Source: Lama guanicoe (lineage: Eukaryota). From it: DNA of 64,000 nucleotides. Both the position numbers and the translations under genes were made by a program. This document shows positions 53,211 to 64,000 of the stretch, one piece after another. Where the stretch lies: NCBI GenBank assembly GCA_013239625.1, contig MU054122.1, positions 460,773 to 524,772 on the forward strand, written 5' to 3'. The notes beneath the pieces are model-generated. The model was not told where the DNA came from and made no database searches. It saw only the letters and a program-made list of their open reading frames with translations. Each line of letters begins with the position of its first letter. Positions within the stretch are counted from its first letter, which is position 1.

Positions 53211-56094
53211 AAACTGCATATGCCCTCGCTTTTCAACTTACACTTAATTCACAGAACAACTGTGAATTAGAGATACTTAAAATACAGGTTACCCCTGTGG
53301 AGACCAGCCTTCTCACCCTAGTACTCAATCTCCAAAAATCACTGATTAGAGAATTTTTTTTCTAGTTTCCATTGCCATTACAAATGTACTTTGAAGTTTT
53401 AAAAAGTTGCGTCACCTGTAACTTTTCAAAATCCCTAATGATACCCCCATGGAAACCAACTGCTACCCCAGGCTTTCAGAACCAGTGGTCTCCAAAGTGT
53501 CCAGTGAAATGGATTTATGAATTATAAAATCATTATACAGTTTTTTAACTTTTAAAGAACACTCATAAGATACATAAATGGCTTAAAGATTCCTGCAAAG
53601 AAATGACTGATTGAATATTATGAAAATGCCAGCTCAATGAAAACGGCGGAACAGCACTTTGACCCTGAGAACGTCTCCTCCTCAGCACATAAGGAGGTAA
53701 AAATAATGACCTTCTAGTGAGCTGTGACAAGCAATCAGGGAAATGTCTGAAACTATCATAAAGCCCTTTGAAATGTAGAAGAATTAATGATAATGACAAT
53801 GATAATAATCAGTATACTTTCAGAGAGCTTTCATGTTCTTTTTGCATATTTAACACATTAATATTTCATCCTCACAATAACCTTATGCTGGGCTAATCTG
53901 AGTGTACTAATCTGGACAACGCTTTGGGCACCTTCCAGATTTAAAACATTATGGTTTCATTATTCTCAATTCCAAGTCCCTGTACAACTTCTAATAAGAA
54001 AACAAAAAGCATAGTAAGATGTTTTAATTCACATTTTCCCATACACCTGTCTTTTCGTTAAGGCAAATCCAAATCAGATCTTTACAAAAGAGCAATTTGA
54101 GAGGTCATCAGTAACCTACCAAAGAATTCATCAAAAAATTCATTTAGATGGCAAGTTTTCTACATTTTTTAAAGCATGATGTAAAAATCCATGCATTACA
54201 ACACTAGAACACATTCTACTGTTGTCCCATAGGTGGCAGCACTGTACCAACTGGTATAGCATCATGATAATGCGAATTACTAACCTGTTGAAACTAAAAG
54301 AAATTAACACCCGGTTAGAAAGGACCATGGCACCATCTATGTTAACCTGTCATCTGCTTTTCAGTACATACAGCCAGGGGCTAATCTGATCTAATCAGTG
54401 CTCACTTCCTAAGCCCTCCATCACAAAGGGTGAAAATTAAAGTCTCTCTTAAGGGCCCTACATTTGGCTAACTGGACTTCCTACATCTATCAGTTTATTT
54501 ACTATAATTTTAAATACTTCCAAAAGCAACTGGAGCTTCTACAATGAGGACTCTTTTCTGGAAAGTTTGTTGTTGTTTTTTTTCTTTAACATGCCAGAGC
54601 TACTGATTACCCAAATATGAACCCAAATAGACACTTTGAGTCCAGGATAAAACACTCTGAAGACTATAAACGTGTTCTACATGCAGAAGGTTTCTTGTTT
54701 GCTTGCTTGCTTTATTCCTCTATTTATTCAGTCGTCTCAAGGATCAACATTTATTGTTAAGCCAGGTACTGTGCTAGACACTGGGGAATTAGAGATAAAC
54801 AGGGCATTCTGGGATATCTTAAAATTAGTAAGAGGAGACAACGGGACAGTGCTGTAATGAGATATACGTGGCATAACTTACTAAACACTGTCTAACACTT
54901 ACTAAACGCCTTCTTCTCATGCTACTATGGCTACAATAATCCTGAAAAATATTACTGAAGGTGGAGCTCTTTCTTCTATCTTCTGGTGCTTCTTTTAATC
55001 CTGAGATTTCTTGCAGACCACCTGCCTTTTGAAGAACTTGGTTTTCTACACACGAATCTATCTCATTTTTTCCTTTAACACTGCCTTTAAATTTTTTTTT
55101 ATTAAAAAACTTTAAGTGTAGACAGAGGTATAGAGAACCCCCCGTGCCCCTTGCCCAGCTTTGACCGTCATCATCTTACGGACAATCTTGTTTCACCCAA
55201 ACCTCTATTCACTTCTCTCCCCACCATATCCTTCCCCTGATTATTTTCAATCAGATCTCATACAACCCATGAGATCATAAATGCTGAATCATGCATCTCT
55301 GAAAGGTTTATTTTTCATAAACATAACACCACTATCCCATGTAAAGAATTTAACAATAACTTCTCAAGTCACAAAACTTAAGGCACACATTTCCTTAAAA
55401 GTGTCTCATAATTTTCAAAAATTGAATTAAGATTCCTTATTATAAGATTCCTACATTGTAATTAGTTGTTATGTCTTTTATGACTCTTTTAATCTATAGG
55501 TCTCACTTCCTTCCCTCCTTCCATCCATTCATTTCTCCTTCCCTCTCTTTGTCGTGAAATTTATCTGTTGAAGACTGAGTGGTTTGTCCTGCAGAGTTAC
55601 CCTCAGTCTGGGTTTTACTCATCAGATATCCATATGCCATTTATTACGTTCTCTGTCCCCTGTACTTCCTGTAAGTTGGTAGTTCTAGGGGCTCAATTAG
55701 ACAGATTCACACTGGAGGCTAATTCCTAGGCTGTGTTGTGTCCTTCTCTAGGAAGCACACAATTTCCGGCCGTCCCTCCTTTGTGTCTGTGTGATGTTAC
55801 AGTTATTGATGATCATTGCCCAGATTCATTATTTCAGTAGTTACTGAAAAATGATATTCTAATTTTATCACTTCTTCTTCAAACTTAGTTCAAAGCAACC
55901 ATTTAGAGGCTTGTACCGGAGAAGATCTTTGATGTTCATACAATCCATACTCCCATATATTGTTCACTGACATCTCTAAACTTCCCTTCCTAGACTATAT
56001 GGAGACTTTGATTTAGCAGCCAATACATATTTCAATTTATCACACATGAGACACTCATACTGATAAGAGCTAAGCTGAAAGGTTCATAAAAGAA

Positions 56095-56760
56095 AAAAAA
56101 ACATAAAATGGACTTCGTTATGATTAGGACCTTCTGCTCTTTGGGAGACACTGTAAAGAGAATGAAAACGCAAGCCACAACTGAGAGAAAATATTTACAA
56201 ATCACATGTCTGACAAAGGATTTGCATCCAGTCTATATAAAGAACTCTCAAAACGCAGTAACTGAAAAACAAACAACAAACCCATAAAAAATGGGCAAAA
56301 GATTTGAACAGACTCTATATCCGAAAAAGACACACAATTGGTTAATAAAGCCGTGAAAAGATGCCCAGTGTCATTAGTCACTGGGGAAATACAAATTAAA
56401 ATGACAAAGAGATAACACAATACTCTTCTTAGAAGGTGTAAAATTACGACCGACCGACCGTACCAAGTGTTTGGAGAGGACACGCAGCAACCTGAACTCT
56501 CATTCACTGCCTGTGGGGATGTAAAATGGTGCAACCACTTTGGCAAACAGTTTGGTAGTTCCGTAAGAAATCAAGAATGTGCCTACAGTGTGACCCAGCC
56601 ATTCTGCTCATAGGTATTTGCCCAAGGAGAATGAAAGCATGGGTCCACACAAGAGTTGCACACTCATGCTCACAGCGTTATTTGTCAAAGAACCCAAATG
56701 TCCTCCAGCAGATGAATGGGTAAACTAGCTGCGGTGAGCCTAGACACGGATCTATCCTCT
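56095..56760 (+). mobile_element. L1 ORF2 3'-end fragment
   Basis: aaaatatttacaaatcacatgtctgacaaagga..aaaatgggcaaaagatttgaacaga..gtaaaatggtgcaaccactttgg..gacccagccattct. Confidence 0.8.
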
Positions 56761-56984
56761 TCCAGAATAAAACATGTCTATTACTTAACATTTTGAGAAA
56801 TGTCTGTGCCTGAACCTTGGGTTTGGTGCTATGATAACTCACACCACGCATACTGTGAGAATGCCTTAGTTTCCATCTGCATGAAGTGCATTTGTAAATT
56901 AACCACTAGGAATAGGAATGATCATTTCTAAACATCCTCTGTGTGTCTGACATCCTGCCGATCACTTCATATCCATTATTTTTT

Positions 56985-57087
56985 TTATTTTATTTTCTAC
57001 TGAAGTACTGTCAGTTACAGTGTGTCAATTTCTGGTGTACAGCCCAATGTCCCAGTCATGCATATACATACATATATTTGTTTTCAT
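56985..57087 (-). mobile_element. Short antisense L1 3' end with long TSD
   Basis: gaagtactgtcagttacagtgtgtcaatttctggtgtacagc; flanks acttcatatccattatttttt (from 56964) / acttcatgtccattatttttt (from 57088). Confidence 0.7.
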
Positions 57088-59479
57088 ACTTCATGTCCAT
57101 TATTTTTTTATTCCTTGTAATCATCTAGCAAAGTAGTTGTGTTGTTCCAATCTGACTGATGAGAAAAGCCAGAGTCAGGGAGGTTATGTAATTTATCTGA
57201 GGTTACTGGGCTGAACAGGAGTGGAACATAACCTTCAATCAACACCTTACATACTATTTACAGATTAAAATCCAAGCCTGTTAGCAAGGCATGTAAAGCC
57301 TGTGCAACAGCCCAGGTGACCCGTCCCCCTTCACTTCCCACCCTACACTTCAGGCCCACGTGTTGTCACCGCCAAGAGCATGTCAAGCAATGTCACATCT
57401 CTGTCCCCCAGCTCATGCTGTGTCTGCATCCCTGCCCAGTAAACCCTACTTATCCTTTAAAGCTCAGATGAAATGTGATGGTCTCTCCGCAAAAGTTTCC
57501 CCCGATTCTCCCTGTGTGACTTGACACCTCTGTGGAACACTTACTTCATTCTTTTTTTTACTGCAGTATCTAAATGCCCCAGGTAACACCTCTCCAAGGA
57601 CAGGACCTAAAATACTTATCTTCTGTTTCTCGCTTGATCTAGGACAATGCACTTAACACATGCAGGCTTCAGAAGTGTCAGATGCAAAGCAAAAACAAAA
57701 AAAAAAACAAAAAAAAACCACAAAAAACAAAAAGAGAGAAAGAAATGCCCACTTTCCTCGTCAAATCTCTATTGTGAACAAGCATCGTAAAAATCCTCAC
57801 ATCCTTTGGACTATTTAATTAAATTAATTATATCCTGTAGTTCTACTCTGGGAATTCATCCTAAACAACTAATTCAAGAGAAACAAATAAAACAAAATGT
57901 CACGAGACGCATGATTTAATGCACTACTGGTTCCTTAACTCTATGACCATGAAAGAGCATAATTATTCAAACTATACAGGACTATTTGGTCTAATATTGA
58001 GCAAAGATAGAATATACAATAGAGCAGATACAATCACTACAATACTCTGATGTGCATTCACTTGCTCAACGAATACTTCTTGAGTGTGTCATGGAGCTTA
58101 CACTGTAACTTACACTGTGATGGAGGGGGATGCAGACAATAAGCAACAAGATGAATTTGTAAAATCGTTGTTCAGTTATATGGTAGTAAGTGTGATGGAG
58201 AAAAATAAAGCAGGCGAGGGGAATCAGTTTTTGTGTGGGGTTGCTATTTGAATGAAGGTAGTCAGGGAAGGCTTCCCTGAGGAGGGAGACAGTAAAACTC
58301 CAAAGGAAGTTACACAAACGATAATAAGGAGAAATGAAACACCATGCTAAGCTTACAGAATTAGGCAAGTTCTTTTTTTTACAGTTAAGTAAAAATTTTA
58401 TCTCTTAAATGTTATTTTACTCTTTTCAAAACTGTTACAAAAAATTAATAAACCCTACGACGTTCTGCTGAAAGGGAAAAACAAAACAAGTTAAATGAAC
58501 AGAAAGAACCTCTGCCATCCAAACCCCAAAACGTACGGGTTTGGGTCCCACTGTCAACACTACGACTTCGCCCAACTCACTTGCCACAACTCTCCAACCT
58601 CCAACTAAATCGGGAGGCTTTCTTGCATCTCATGTCCATTTCCAGAAGTCATCTCACTTGAAATATCTACCCTCTACATAAGCAAATCCTATCCCTTCTT
58701 CAAATCCCAACATCTTCACAAAGCCTCCAAAGACGTAATTATAGGTATTATTCCATTTCCATTACACTCGCCTTTAAACAGAGACAATAATGGTAACGCT
58801 GGCAGAGACACAAGTTTCAGGGAAGCAGTAATTCGCAGGGCCAGGTAGGAAGGTTGGGAATGAAGTGTGAGAACACAATGGAGAGAACATTTAATTCTGC
58901 ATCAGGTTGGGTAAGAGACCCAAGAAATTTCAAAGAGGTGGCTTGGTTAGAAGTCATGGGAGGAATAAGGGGGATATTATCCAAAGAGTGAACAGCCTGA
59001 GCAGAGATGCAGAGAGCCATGAAAATAAGATTGCACGGTCCACTGAAGGGCGCAGTGAGTTACAGGAGATTTCAAAAGCAGTAACACTGGAAAGGGGAAT
59101 CAGGGAGGTACTGCAAAGGACACTGAAATGACAGCCTAAATCCTGTCCACTACCGTGGAGGTAATGGGGAGTCACAGAAGGCTTTGAACTGGAGTTATGT
59201 GTTGATTTTCATTTTTCAAAAGGTAACTTGGTCTTCAAAAGAGAGAATGGCCTGGAAAGCAAAGGCCCAGCAGACCCGTTAATAAATGGCAGGTATCCTC
59301 CAAGTGTTTATTAACTGGACGAGACTAGCACAGAGAAGAGGGCATCTTTTTCAGCCTCCAGGGTATCTGAAAGCTGCAACACACAGTGGGTACTCAACTG
59401 TTCTCCAGTAGCTTTGAACATATTAGTTTTCTCTTTCAAGATGATAAAGTTTAGTAAAGTGGAAAGCAGAAGGCGCACA

Positions 59480-59700
59480 GCTGTGGAGTCAGACTGTCTG
59501 GGCTGAAATCCAAGTCTGACACTTGCTGGTTGTGTGAACTTGAGCAAATTACTTAACCTATTTGGGCCTCAGTTTCCGATTCTATCCAATGTATTATCAT
59601 GCACTCGGATCACAGGATTGCAGAGGACCAAACGACATAATTCATCTAAAGCAATGGATAATGCCTGGCACGCAGTGAATCCTCAATAAATACTGATTTT
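59480..59700 (+). mobile_element. MIR SINE
   Basis: tggagtcagactgtctgggctgaaatcc..gtgtgaacttgagcaaattacttaacct..gggcctcagtttcc (MIR core). Confidence 0.75.
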
Positions 59701-60495
59701 ATCAACTGTATTTGGCAAAGCACATAGTAGGTATTCAGTACTGCGTCAAATCATTTATTAAATCTTTGTCAATTAAACTTTGAGGCCTTATAGGAAAATA
59801 TAAGCTACTAAACTTTTCCCCACGTGTATAGGTTAATAACACTTCATGTAATAATGGGAAAATCACTTTTTTTAAATGGCAATGCCATTTAGAAACGATA
59901 GAGCATTTTCCCAGCAGGTTCTGAAAGCGGTTGACACAAGTCACTCCGACAGCTCTTTAAAGAGCGACAGTCATCATGTAACCTTAACTTGGAAGTCATA
60001 CCCAATGCCAGAAACAAAAGTACAGGGTATCAGTATGGAGCCGTCAAGATGCTGGACACCCGTGCCTTGCTCTGATATGGCAGGGTGTTTTGAAAATCGT
60101 CCCAAGTGAGAAGCTCTCGGGCGCACCATTACTTAAAGAAAGAAAAAAGAAAAAGCAACTTGGTGATACTAACAAGCAAATGCACTCCAGGGTGGGCGGC
60201 CGAAGAAGCGGGTTTGGGTCAACGGCCGGACAGGGGCTCCGGGGTGGCGAGATCGTCGCGTTTCTTTAGCAGCAGCAGAAGCAGCGGGCAGCGGCGTCCG
60301 GGGCGGCCGGGCCGGAGCCGCCTCCCCCGCGGGTCGGCCCCGCATTCCTGCCCGGGTCTATACTTAACCTCCGGCCCGCGCCCCGCGGCCGCCGCGCCAC
60401 GCCGTGCACCGTATTAGGCAATGCCCGGCTCGCAGGGCCCCGGCCCCCCTTCCCCCGCCCCACTCCATTCAAGCCCGGCGGCGGCGGCGGCCGCA

Positions 60496-60510
60496 NNNNN
60501 NNNNNNNNNN
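60496..60510. other. Assembly gap (15 N)
   Basis: Run of n inside the GC-rich intron 1. Confidence 1.
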
Positions 60511-60666
60511 CGGCCGCCAGCGACCCTCCCCGCGACCCCCCAGCCGCCCGGCCCGCTCGCCGCCCCCCGCGCCTGAGCCCCGCGCGCTCAGCCGCCCAGC
60601 CGGCGCCCCGAGGACGGAATGTGCGGCGGGCAGGGGCGCGGGGAGGGTCTTTCGGGGCGGACGTAC

Positions 60667-60923
60667 CCCGCGGTCATGGCGATGTTGTAGAGGATGAGCC
60701 AGGTGGTGGCCAACAAACCCAGGCGCCTCCTCTTGCCCGTGGCCTCCCTCTCCTCGCCGGCCTCCGAGGCGCCGCCGTTGGTACCGTCCTCCTCGCTGGA
60801 CGCCATGGTGGCCGCGCAGCCGGGCGAGGTGAAAGTGAGGGGCAGGGGAGCGGGAGGGGGCCCGGCCGAGCGCGCCGCAGAAGCGCCGCCGCCCGCTGCC
60901 TCCGCCTCCGTCAGGCGCCCCAT
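60667..60923 (-). CDS. HACD1: HACD1 exon 1 (very-long-chain 3-hydroxyacyl-CoA dehydratase 1, PTPLA)
   Basis: [13 protein letters not shown]...[51 protein letters not shown]|gtacgt; 257 nt. Second in-frame ATG at 60804-60806. Confidence 0.95.
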
Positions 60924-61624
60924 GTGCCGCGCGCAGGGGGCTCGGCGCCGCCAGCCAGGCCGCCCCCAGGGGGAGGAGACGGGGGTCCCGCGAGCCCCTA
61001 GGTACGGTCCCCAGGCGGCGGTGTCCTTTCCGCTCCCTGGGAAAACCTATCCGCCTCGCTACTTGGGGGAACCTCCTCTTAAAGACGCCCCGGACGTCTT
61101 GGAGCGGGCGTCTTAGTGCATTTAGTCCAAACGCACCTGGGCTTGGCGTGGCACCGCCCCGCCCAGACTTCTGTAACATTGTCTCTAGATGTGCCGAGAG
61201 GCGGTGGGATCTTCCCGCCAAAGACTCATTCTTAAGAGCTTCTGGGGAAGAAGCGCCCACTCCACCCTGTTTCACGTTTTCCAGCTAGTGGGGCAGATAT
61301 ACGGGGAATGATACAATAGGATTGCCCCCGAGATCCCTGCGTGGATGCCACTGGAGCTAATGTTCTAAGGAAGGGCATTGATTTCAAGCCAGCGCAGAAT
61401 GTTGGATGTTACAGGAAAGCTGCAGGAAATAAGCCATGACAAGATACCCAAGGAGAAAAGTTTGAACATATGGAAGCAATCTACAGATTTAAGGCTAAAG
61501 ACCCTTCCTGCAGAAAACTAGTATTCCGCTGTTCTCCACTTTGTATCTCTTTCTCTTTTTTTTTGAATTCCTCTAAATACGCTTACGTTCTCCTAACAGC
61601 TCTTTCCTCTTTCCCCTTAAAGCA

Positions 61625-61800
61625 CACAGTTAAGAAGGCAGGCTCTGGAATCAAATTACTGAAATTCAAACCACAAATTCCTGGCTCCACTAGACTTACT
61701 GTGTGAACTTGGGCAACTAAATCTCTCTATGCCTCAGTTTCCTCAATGGGAATAATTTTAAAACCTATTGAAATTATCCCGGTAAACCACTTACAGGCCT
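61625..61800 (+). mobile_element. MIR SINE
   Basis: gttaagaaggcaggctctggaatca..ctggctccact..tgtgtgaacttgggcaa..tctctatgcctcagtttcctca. Confidence 0.7.
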
Positions 61801-62269
61801 GAAATAGTTTACCCCCCCCCCCAAATCAGTGTGTTGGCACCATGCTGGCAACTCGGATTTCCATTGATCTAGTGAAGGAATTTCTGCTTAGCCCAAGGGA
61901 AGCAATCTGCTTGTTAGGCTGTCCTCCTGGAACCTCAGTTTGGCCCCAGGCAGGGGCCACCACCCGAGGACCACAAAGACCTGAGACCACTGAGGCTCCT
62001 CTGGGTACGCGGGGGGGGGGGTCATCCCCATGCCGTGCGGAGGAGAGGTTCGGAGGGCACCAGATGGGAGAAAATCGGACCTGGTCCACTTGGATCCTGA
62101 TCTGGGCTCTGGGCACCCGGCTCAGGCGGCACTACAAGCCTGATCCCAGGAACTGAGATAATTTTGAGGAAGATGTTCCTATAGGGGAGGAGGAGTCTGA
62201 GGTGTGCCTGGGGAAGAAATATTGAAAATTGTTCCAATTTGGTGAAAACTATGAGCTACTATTTTAAAA

Positions 62270-64000
62270 GGCATTTTCACTGAAAAAGAAGTAAAACTAT
62301 TTGCAAGTGACAACACTGTGTTGTTAGAAAAGCCTAAGGGATCCACAAAAAAGCTACTGGAACTAGTTGCAGGATACAAGGTCAGTATAACAAAAATCAG
62401 CCCTTTTATACAGTCTAGAAAAGAACAACCAGAAATTAAAATTTAAAGTAAAACTCTATATATATTCAGTACCTTGTAATGGCTTATAAAAAAAAGAATG
62501 TAAAAAGGAATATATATAAGTATGTATAACTGAATCACTATGCTGTACACCAGAAATTAATGCAACATTGTAAATCAACTATACTTCAATAAAAAATTTA
62601 AAAAATAAAAATAGCTTTCTAAATAAAATCAATAAAGTAAAACTATATAATGCTTATCAGCATCCAAAAACATGAAATATAGAGGGATACATTTGACAAA
62701 AACATGCAAGACATGTGCACTGAACACTGAATCACTGTCGAGAGAAATCAAAGACTTTAATAGCTATTTCACATTCATGAATTGGAAGATTCAGTATTAC
62801 TAAACTGTCAGTTCTTCCCGGATGTCAGCAGAATGTTTGTTAATTTGACAAGGTAACTCTAAAATTTATACAGAAATGCATAGGAAGAACCAAGTTGGAG
62901 CACATACATATCTGTTTTCAAGACTTAGTATAAAACTACAGTTTTCAGGACAGTGTGGTAGGCATAAGGATAGATACATAGATCAATGAATAGAGTCCAG
63001 CCCCCCCATACATATGGTAACTGATTTTCAACAAAGATGAAAAGGTAAGACTTTTCAACAAAAGGTGCTATCCACATGAAATAAAATAAAAAAGAACCTT
63101 GACCCTTACCTTACACCATAGACAAGTATTAATTCGATATAGATCATAGATCTAAGCATAAAAGCTAAAACTCCAAAACCTCTAGAAGAAAAGAGCAGAA
63201 TCTTTGTGACCTTGGGGAAGGTACAGATTTCTTAGATACCAGGACCCAAAAAAGGCATTACTCATAAAAGAAAAGACAGATGGAACTTCATCAAAATGTA
63301 GTACTTCTGTTATCCCAAAGATATCATTAAAAAAGTGAAAATATTCACAATACATGTATCTGACAAGGAACTTGTACCCAGAATACATAATCAGTTATAA
63401 CTAAATAATACAATAAGCCTTTTTTTAAATGAGCAAAAAGTTTGAACTGACACGTCATAAAGAAGACATGAAAACGATAGCACATGTGAAGATGCTCATC
63501 TCACTAGTCATTAGGGAAATGAAAATTAACCCCCCAATGAGCTATCACTACATCTAATATTTTAAAATGTTGGCAAGGATGTGGAGCAATTGGCATTCTC
63601 ATACATGGCAAAAGAGAATACTACTTTGAAAACAAAAATTGTCAATTTCTTAAAAAGATCAACATACACATATGACCCAGCAATTGCATTCCTAGGTATT
63701 TAACCAAGAGAATGAAAACAGGTCCACGCAAAGACTCGGACACCAGTGTTCATAGCAGTTTTATTTAGAGAAACCCCAAACTGAAAATAATCTATGGGTC
63801 CATCAACATATGAACGGATAAATGAATTGTAGAATATTCATATGATGGGATTATGACTCAGCATTGAAAAGGAACAAACTACTGTACACACAACATGAAT
63901 GAATCTCATAAACTCTATGCTGAGCAAAAGCAGACAGAAAAGATGATAGTATATGATGACATTTATATGAGACTAGAAAAGAGAAATCTACTCTACAGTG
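62270..64000 (+). mobile_element. Old L1 ORF2/3' region with a younger L1 3' end nested at ~62461-62633
   Basis: Degenerate ORF2 text throughout. The nested copy is flanked by TSD aaagtaaaactctata (62445-62460) / aaagtaaaactatata (62634-62649). Confidence 0.8.

Larger units (their letters stand above)
60180..61170. promoter_or_regulatory. CpG island / HACD1 promoter, exon 1 and start of intron 1
   Basis: Very GC- and CpG-rich. GC boxes (ccgccccgccc at ~61154-61164). Spans the HACD1 start codons. Confidence 0.9.

Noticed and set aside
60106..61275. 268-aa and other ORFs over the HACD1 CpG island
   Set aside because: Alternative-frame artefacts of GC-rich DNA. One spans the N gap, and only the frame starting at 60923 matches HACD1.

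Overview
Mammalian genomic DNA, most likely from a camelid (six copies of a tRNA-derived SINE matching the camelid Vic-1 structure). One intact protein-coding gene is present: HACD1 (PTPLA, 3-hydroxyacyl-CoA dehydratase 1) on the minus strand. I reconstructed its 7 coding exons by hand (60923->41316; 257+118+19+89+122+179+83 = 867 nt = 288 aa + stop; all GT-AG introns), with a CpG-island promoter. The intergenic region 3' of HACD1 holds three L1-mediated processed pseudogenes, all on the + strand and each with a poly(A) remnant and target-site duplication (TSD): MOAP1/PNMA4 (a Gag-derived gene), KPNA2 and BLMH. The MOAP1 and KPNA2 copies sit about 590 bp apart inside the ORF2 endonuclease region of the same old L1. 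The rest is L1, L2, MIR, MaLR/ERVL LTR and hAT-derived repeats plus unique intronic/intergenic DNA. I found no convincing novel biological system. The best leads are the nested retrocopy cluster, the CpG-retaining MOAP1 copy, the nearly intact BLMH copy, and splicing-regulatory structure in HACD1 (weak exon 5 donor with RBFOX/QKI-type motifs; inverted SINEs around exons 2-5). Repeat family names and human protein comparisons are from recall of consensus sequences, not from searches, and repeat boundaries without a TSD are approximate.
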